From a virus (taxonomy: Duplodnaviria; Heunggongvirae; Uroviricota; Caudoviricetes), in the IMG/VR virus record IMGVR_UViG_3300031992_004563, positions 32,001 to 96,000 of that record: a stretch of DNA of 64,000 nt; one strand, written 5' to 3'. The position numbers and the translations under genes were made by a program. This document shows positions 58,744 to 64,000 of this stretch, in pieces; positions within the stretch are counted from its first letter, which is position 1; each line of letters begins with the position of its first letter. The notes beneath the pieces are model-generated. The model did not search any database. It saw only the letters and a list, made by a program, of their open reading frames with translations, and was not told the origin of the DNA.

Positions 58744-59925
58744 ATGGGAAAATTAAAAACAGTAGGTTATGAATTAAGAGATGTTGCAGTAATGCAAGCA
58801 CCTGTTTCATTTTGTAATCATCGTGGAGATGTAAATCCATTTATTGAAGTATGTGGTAGAGAGGTATATCCAATTTTTGTATCACCGATGGCATCTGTCA
58901 CAGATCAGAATAATTATAAAACATGGATTGAAAATAAATTGACACCAGTAATTCCACGTAGTGTTCAAAAGAGTGAGAATAACCCAAATGGTTTAACATT
59001 TGAAGAGCGAATGGAATTAGCAAAAGAAACATTTGTATCTATATCATTAAAAGAATCGCAAAATGAATTATTAAATTATTTAAGAGGGCAGGTAGTTTAT
59101 CATACTGAAATAAGCTTTAAAATTAATAATGTTTATTATATATGTATTGATATTGCGCATGGAACATTAAGCGAGTTATATGATATCTGTAAAAAGATTA
59201 AAGGACTATATAAAGAACAAGTTCAAATTATGACAGGTAATGTAGCAAATCCAAGTGCATATTCATTTTATGCTGATGCAGGAATTGACTGGATGCGAGT
59301 TGGAATTGGTGGTGGTTCAAGATGTACATCTTCAGCAAATGTTTCTATTCATTATGGAATGGCAACACTTTTGGATCAATTGAATGAAGACCGTAAATCC
59401 TATGCACATAGTCATAATGGAAATGCTCCTACAAAACTTATTGCAGATGGTGGTATTGGTTGGTTTGATGATATTCAAAAAGCCCTTGCACTTGGAGCAG
59501 ATGCAATTATGGCAGGAAAAATCTTTGCTGAATGTGAAGAAGCATGTGAACCTACATATTGGCTTGGATGTTATGATAGAAAATTACCTGATAGGATAAC
59601 AAAACATACAATTAAATATGAAGATGAATGGCATGTACAACGTGCATTTAGTGGAACATCTGCCGCGCCAGTTCGTTGTAGAGATTATTTTGGAATGAGT
59701 AGTAAGCGCGCCCAAAAAATTACCGGTGGATCTGGAAATAAAACATCTGAAGGTATTGATAGACCTGTAGAAGTTAAATATCCAGTAGCTAAATGGATTG
59801 ATAATATGCAATCATATCTTCGTTCTTGCATGACATATACAAATTCACATACTATTAAAGAACTTAGAGAGAATGCACAGGTTATTATTCTTGGCGGTTC
59901 TGGTGATGCTGCATATAGAAAATAA
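58744..59925 (+). CDS. IMP dehydrogenase/GMP reductase family protein
   Basis: IDIAHG; MTGNVA; RVGIGGGSRCTS; IADGGI; KALALGAD; FGMSS; SEG; LRSCMTY. Confidence 0.9.
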   Translation: MGKLKTVGYELRDVAVMQAPVSFCNHRGDVNPFIEVCGREVYPIFVSPMASVTDQNNYKTWIENKLTPVIPRSVQKSENNPNGLTFEERMELAKETFVSISLKESQNELLNYLRGQVVYHTEISFKINNVYYICIDIAHGTLSELYDICKKIKGLYKEQVQIMTGNVANPSAYSFYADAGIDWMRVGIGGGSRCTSSANVSIHYGMATLLDQLNEDRKSYAHSHNGNAPTKLIADGGIGWFDDIQKALALGADAIMAGKIFAECEEACEPTYWLGCYDRKLPDRITKHTIKYEDEWHVQRAFSGTSAAPVRCRDYFGMSSKRAQKITGGSGNKTSEGIDRPVEVKYPVAKWIDNMQSYLRSCMTYTNSHTIKELRENAQVIILGGSGDAAYRK

Positions 59926-59936
59926 AATTTATAAAT

Positions 59937-60380
59937 ATGAAACTAACATTTAATAATTATTAGAAATATGCCAGAGAAACTGCTATCTATAAAGATGGAA
60001 TATTTTATCCCGCTTTAGGATTATGTGGTGAATCTGGTGAAGTTGCAGATAAAATTAAAAAGATTTATCGAGATAATAATGGTATAATTAGTGAAGATAA
60101 TAAAGAACAACTTGTTAAAGAAATGGGAGATGTTCTTTGGTATCTTGCTAATATGGCAACTGATTTGAATGTGACATTAGAAGATGTCGCAAAGAAAAAT
60201 TTAGAAAAAATTCAAATTCGCCAACAAAAGAATTTAATTCATGGTGAAGGGGACAATAGAGAAGAATTAGATCCAGAAAAACTAATGTGGGAATTATTGC
60301 ATAGCCCAGATTATCTTGAATAGGGTAAAGAATTTGATCAAAAATTGGCAAAACAAATATTATCACCTGATTTAGCATAA
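59937..60380 (+). CDS. MazG-like nucleotide pyrophosphohydrolase (TAG=Gln)
   Basis: FNNY(TAG)KYARETAIY; LGLCGESGEVADKIKK; KEMGDVLWY; GEGDNR. Confidence 0.88.
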
Positions 60381-60428
60381 CTTCTATTTTTTAGATTGAA
60401 TTAAATTTATTAATTTTGTATCATTAAT
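60379..60428 (+). promoter_or_regulatory. Class A promoter
   Basis: AACTTCTATTTTTTAGATT...TAATTTTGTATCATTAA. Confidence 0.75.
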
Positions 60429-60444
60429 TTAAAAATATAATAAT

Positions 60445-60714
60445 ATGGAGAAAGAAGAGATTAAATTCAACATTGTTATTTTAGGTGATCCATTGCTTAA
60501 GTATAGTCCTTTTGCATTTGGAAATGCATTTATCAATATTGAATATTTGTTAGATGAAAAAGTATCCAAAACACAGAAAAATCTTGATGATTACTTTAAG
60601 ATTTATGGGCCAATTACTGATTATGAAGGAAACTCATATGTATTTAAAAGTGTTACAACTTTTTATGATATGGGAAAAGAATCTTATCATATAAATTTCA
60701 AAAAAATAAATTAA
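60445..60714 (+). CDS. Hypothetical protein
   Basis: First ORF after promoter. Confidence 0.65.
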   Translation: MEKEEIKFNIVILGDPLLKYSPFAFGNAFINIEYLLDEKVSKTQKNLDDYFKIYGPITDYEGNSYVFKSVTTFYDMGKESYHINFKKIN

Positions 60715-60721
60715 AAACAAT

Positions 60722-61684
60722 ATGCCATTAAATGTAAATGAAACAGAACATGCAATAAAACTTATTAAAGATACTTTTGAAACTTTACTATCCAGTTCCT
60801 TACATCTTCGTAGGGTAACTGCACCATTATTCGTTAAAAGCAATCAAGGATTAAATGATACTCTTAATGATAATGCAGATCCAATAAAGTTTAAAGTACC
60901 TGCGCTTAATAATGAAGAATGCGAAATTGTTCAATCACTTGCTAAGTGGAAAAGATTAAAGCTCGCTGAAATGAAAGAACAACCAGGGTTTGGTATTTAT
61001 ACTGATATGAATGCTATTCGCCCAAATGAAACACTTGATTTTCTTCATAGCTTATATGTAGATCAGTGGGATTGGGAAAAGGTTCTTACACCTAATCAAT
61101 TCAATAATGGCAATATAACAGGTATGTCATATGCAATACAGATTTATTCTGCAATTAAAAACACAGATTATGTATTGCGTGAACATTATAAAGATCTTGG
61201 TAAATCATTTTTGCCTGATCAAATACAACCTATAATGTCTAGCCAACTTGCGACAAAATACCCAGATTTATCACCAGCTGAAAGAGAATATGAATATTGT
61301 AAAAAACATAAGGCTGTATATATTATGTGTATTGGTGGAAAAAATCATGATGGAATGAGAGCGCCTGATTACGATGATTGGGATAAAAATGGAGATATTT
61401 TAATCTGGTCACCTATTTTAAATAGACCAATAGAAATATCATCTATGGGTATTAGAGTGAATGCAGAGTCATTACATAAACAACTAGAGGCATCTGGTCA
61501 TTTAGATTGGGAAAAATATGAATATCATAAAAAGATTTTAAATAATGAATTGCCACAAACAATTGGAGGTGGAATTGGCCAATCTAGATTATGTATGTTA
61601 TTACTTCAAAAGAAACACATTGGTGAAGTTCAAGTAAGTGTTTGGCCAGATAATGAAATAAAAAAATATGAAAATATACTATGA
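60722..61684 (+). CDS. asnA: Aspartate-ammonia ligase
   Basis: EIVQSLAKWKR; YTDMNAIR; HSLYVDQWDWEKV; RAPDYDDW; SSMGIRV; TIGGGIGQSRL. Confidence 0.95.
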   Translation: MPLNVNETEHAIKLIKDTFETLLSSSLHLRRVTAPLFVKSNQGLNDTLNDNADPIKFKVPALNNEECEIVQSLAKWKRLKLAEMKEQPGFGIYTDMNAIRPNETLDFLHSLYVDQWDWEKVLTPNQFNNGNITGMSYAIQIYSAIKNTDYVLREHYKDLGKSFLPDQIQPIMSSQLATKYPDLSPAEREYEYCKKHKAVYIMCIGGKNHDGMRAPDYDDWDKNGDILIWSPILNRPIEISSMGIRVNAESLHKQLEASGHLDWEKYEYHKKILNNELPQTIGGGIGQSRLCMLLLQKKHIGEVQVSVWPDNEIKKYENIL

Positions 61685-62022
61685 TACAAACAGATTTAGA
61701 TAAAATTAATTTAACTCAATCAATTCTAAAAGATAAAAGAAACAGATTCGGATATCAACCAAATTCATTATGGGTTGATGAAGATGATAATTATATTGAA
61801 GAAACTCATATTTGGATTTGGGGAGAAAGAAAAATTAGTAAATCATATGAAGAGGATGAATACCCATCATTTTTCATTGTTGAAGAGAAATTAGGAAATG
61901 GACATAATGCATATTATTTTAGGATTGCACCAGGAGATGCAAAAGTTAGATTAAAAACGGTAGGAGATTTACAACGACTTATGGATATTTTTAGAATTAA
62001 TAGAGATATTGTTTATGAATAA
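61681..62022 (+). CDS. Hypothetical protein
   Basis: ATGA-coupled ORF. Confidence 0.65.
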   Translation: MIQTDLDKINLTQSILKDKRNRFGYQPNSLWVDEDDNYIEETHIWIWGERKISKSYEEDEYPSFFIVEEKLGNGHNAYYFRIAPGDAKVRLKTVGDLQRLMDIFRINRDIVYE

Positions 62023-62037
62023 AATAGAGGTTAATTA

Positions 62038-62086
62038 AACTTCTATTTTTTAGTTTAAATAAAAAGTATTAATTTTGCATCGTTAA
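62038..62086 (+). promoter_or_regulatory. Class A promoter overlapping a terminator-like hairpin
   Basis: AAAATAGAGGTT/AACTTCTATTTT; TAATTTTGCATCGTTAA. Confidence 0.75.
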
Positions 62087-62125
62087 TTTATTAAGGCAAT
62101 AAACAAAATTAAAAATCAAAACATT

Positions 62126-62476
62126 ATGTTATCATCGTATTCAAATTCAAAATTCAAAATTTGTGATGTTGGCAGTTATTATCTTATCGAAACTAACTGT
62201 TACTCAAGTGAAAAAGTTGCTACTGTAAGTTATGGCGGCACTGTTCAATTTGATGGCAAATCAAATCACGACAAATCTTTACAAAAAGAGATACTTGAAT
62301 TTGTTGATGAATGGAATAGTAATTCATGTTTGCCGGTTGATAAATTCAAAGTAAGTCATCCAAGTGAAGATGAAGACAACAGCAATAAATCATCAAAAAC
62401 TCTATGGTACGAAGATGGTGAAGAAGAAGGCTATCGTCCATTAGGATATCCACAGCATGGCCCAGTATGGATTTAA
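62126..62476 (+). CDS. Hypothetical protein
   Basis: First ORF after promoter. Confidence 0.65.
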   Translation: MLSSYSNSKFKICDVGSYYLIETNCYSSEKVATVSYGGTVQFDGKSNHDKSLQKEILEFVDEWNSNSCLPVDKFKVSHPSEDEDNSNKSSKTLWYEDGEEEGYRPLGYPQHGPVWI

Positions 62477-62512
62477 TAAGAATATTTATACAAAACAAAA
62501 ATTTAAAAAGTT

Positions 62513-62866
62513 ATGAATTATCATGTTACTAAATTATGTGGAATTTATTGGGTTTATAATTGGAATAATCAATCTGTTGCAAGATTAGATTGGCTTGATA
62601 AAAATACATATAAATTACAAATTACTGATTATGATTATGTTCCTGATGATAAACTTAAGGATTTATTTAAAGTCGTTAAAGATTGGGGAGATAAAAATGG
62701 ATATATTATAAAATATTGTTCACACTCAAAATGGATAGAGCCAAAATATGAACAGAAAAAAGTATGGGTAGAACCAGAATATCCAGGATATGAATTTGGA
62801 CATTATGAAAATATTACAATTAAAAAGTCTGATGGTCATTGGAATAATCATTATGAAAATTTATAA
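62513..62866 (+). CDS. Hypothetical protein
   Basis: Operonic ORF. Confidence 0.65.
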   Translation: MNYHVTKLCGIYWVYNWNNQSVARLDWLDKNTYKLQITDYDYVPDDKLKDLFKVVKDWGDKNGYIIKYCSHSKWIEPKYEQKKVWVEPEYPGYEFGHYENITIKKSDGHWNNHYENL

Positions 62867-62936
62867 AATTATAAAAGAAGAAAACATATTGAATCTAGTT
62901 CATTAATAAACTGAATAACTAAATAAAAATAATTAT

Positions 62937-63404
62937 ATGAAACTTTTTAAAGACACAGAAAAATCAACATTTGCTTATTGGTTTGCACATTGGAAAGCAT
63001 TTAATCTTACTGCAATGCTTTTAGGTGTATGGCAGTTTAGATTTCTATTTCATGATATCGAAAAACCATTTTTGATGTGGTTTTGGAAAGATTATCCAAG
63101 AGTAAAGAAATTCCATCGTGCTCATGCTCGTCATCACTTTGCTTATGAAGGCGATAAAGGTTATGACTATCTTGGCATGGTAATTGATTGGGAATGTTCT
63201 CGTTTTTCAAAAGCAGATGCTCAAATGAATGCAATTGAAACATATGATTATGAATTGCATAAATACATGGATGCAGGTAATATGAGAATTGTTAAAGAAT
63301 TACAACTTAATATATTTCCTATTATAGTAAACTTAAATCTGGTTAAAACAGATAAAGATATCAAAGATTTATATGCAAATATAAAACCAATTGAAACAAA
63401 TTGA
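62937..63404 (+). CDS. HD-like (DUF5662-like) protein
   Basis: FHDIEK; HRAHARHH; MVIDWECS. Confidence 0.6.
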   Translation: MKLFKDTEKSTFAYWFAHWKAFNLTAMLLGVWQFRFLFHDIEKPFLMWFWKDYPRVKKFHRAHARHHFAYEGDKGYDYLGMVIDWECSRFSKADAQMNAIETYDYELHKYMDAGNMRIVKELQLNIFPIIVNLNLVKTDKDIKDLYANIKPIETN

Positions 63405-63451
63405 CAAATCTAAATAAAATAATATGAATTAAAATTTAAAACTTTAAAACT

Positions 63452-63514
63452 ATGGGTGCATTTATTCTTGGCGTAGTGATTACATACGCAATTATTAGGA
63501 TTGTAAATCGTTAA
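63452..63514 (+). CDS. 20-aa hydrophobic peptide
   Basis: MGAFILGVVITYAIIRIVNR, followed by a hairpin. Confidence 0.4.
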   Translation: MGAFILGVVITYAIIRIVNR

Positions 63515-63565
63515 CATTTAAAACTTAAATGGCAGGGATATTAATTCCCTGCCAATGACATTATT

Positions 63566-64000
63566 ATGGACAATAAAGAACAAACAACAAATTGTCTTGC
63601 ATATATTCAGAAAAAATATCCATGCATAACATCATTATCAATAAGAGATATTGTTAGCATTGCTTTACAATATGGTGAAGATGATGCACGTAAACATGCA
63701 GCTGAATATTATGAGGCTAAGCTTAAACGTGAAGAAGAACAACGAAAGTTAGAAGCTACACGTGAAGATTATAGAGAAGAGGTCGATGATGAAGGAAAGA
63801 TATGGTATCATGAAACACATGGTTCTCACCAACGTGATTCATCTAGAAAATTAAAGCCTGGAGATATTATTCAATATAAAGGATATTTGCCAGGATATGA
63901 AGGTGAAATGCATGGCATAATGCTTATTAATAGTTTTGATTTTAAATCAGATTTTGCATGTAGATCATATTTTAATTTTGAAGTATGTGAACGATATAAA
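63566..64000 (+). CDS. Hypothetical protein, runs off window edge
   Basis: ATG 63566, open to end of window. Confidence 0.65.
   Translation, partial: MDNKEQTTNCLAYIQKKYPCITSLSIRDIVSIALQYGEDDARKHAAEYYEAKLKREEEQRKLEATREDYREEVDDEGKIWYHETHGSHQRDSSRKLKPGDIIQYKGYLPGYEGEMHGIMLINSFDFKSDFACRSYFNFEVCERYK

Overview
Very AT-rich, gene-dense window of a huge phage, most likely Lak-like with a Bacteroidota/Prevotella-type host. This is inferred from the TAnnTTTG promoters, TAG read as Gln, and tRNA introns. TAG-to-Gln recoding is shown internally by paralogues that have TAG in one copy and CAA in the other. The window holds two tRNA/ncRNA operons (14.0-16.3 kb and 27.6-46.3 kb) with about 36 tRNA genes covering all 20 amino acids. 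It also has three TnpB-family genes plus a TnpB 3'-only remnant, three free-standing endonuclease genes, tRNA-repair enzymes (Thg1-like protein, RNA ligase, phosphoesterases, nucleotidyltransferase) and metabolic genes (rmlC, rmlD, gcvH, FNT channel, GMP reductase/IMPDH, MazG-like, asnA). Main candidate novelty: each tRNA operon is preceded by a short leader ORF and mutually exclusive antiterminator/terminator hairpins, and each leader's codons match the tRNA set of its own operon. This looks like ribosome-mediated attenuation that senses tRNA shortage. The operons also contain a ~174-nt minimal RNase P RNA, circularly permuted tRNA genes, tRNA scaffolds with large inserts, and about 18 small H-type pseudoknots at RNA junctions. 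All calls come from manual reading; no searches or folding programs were run.
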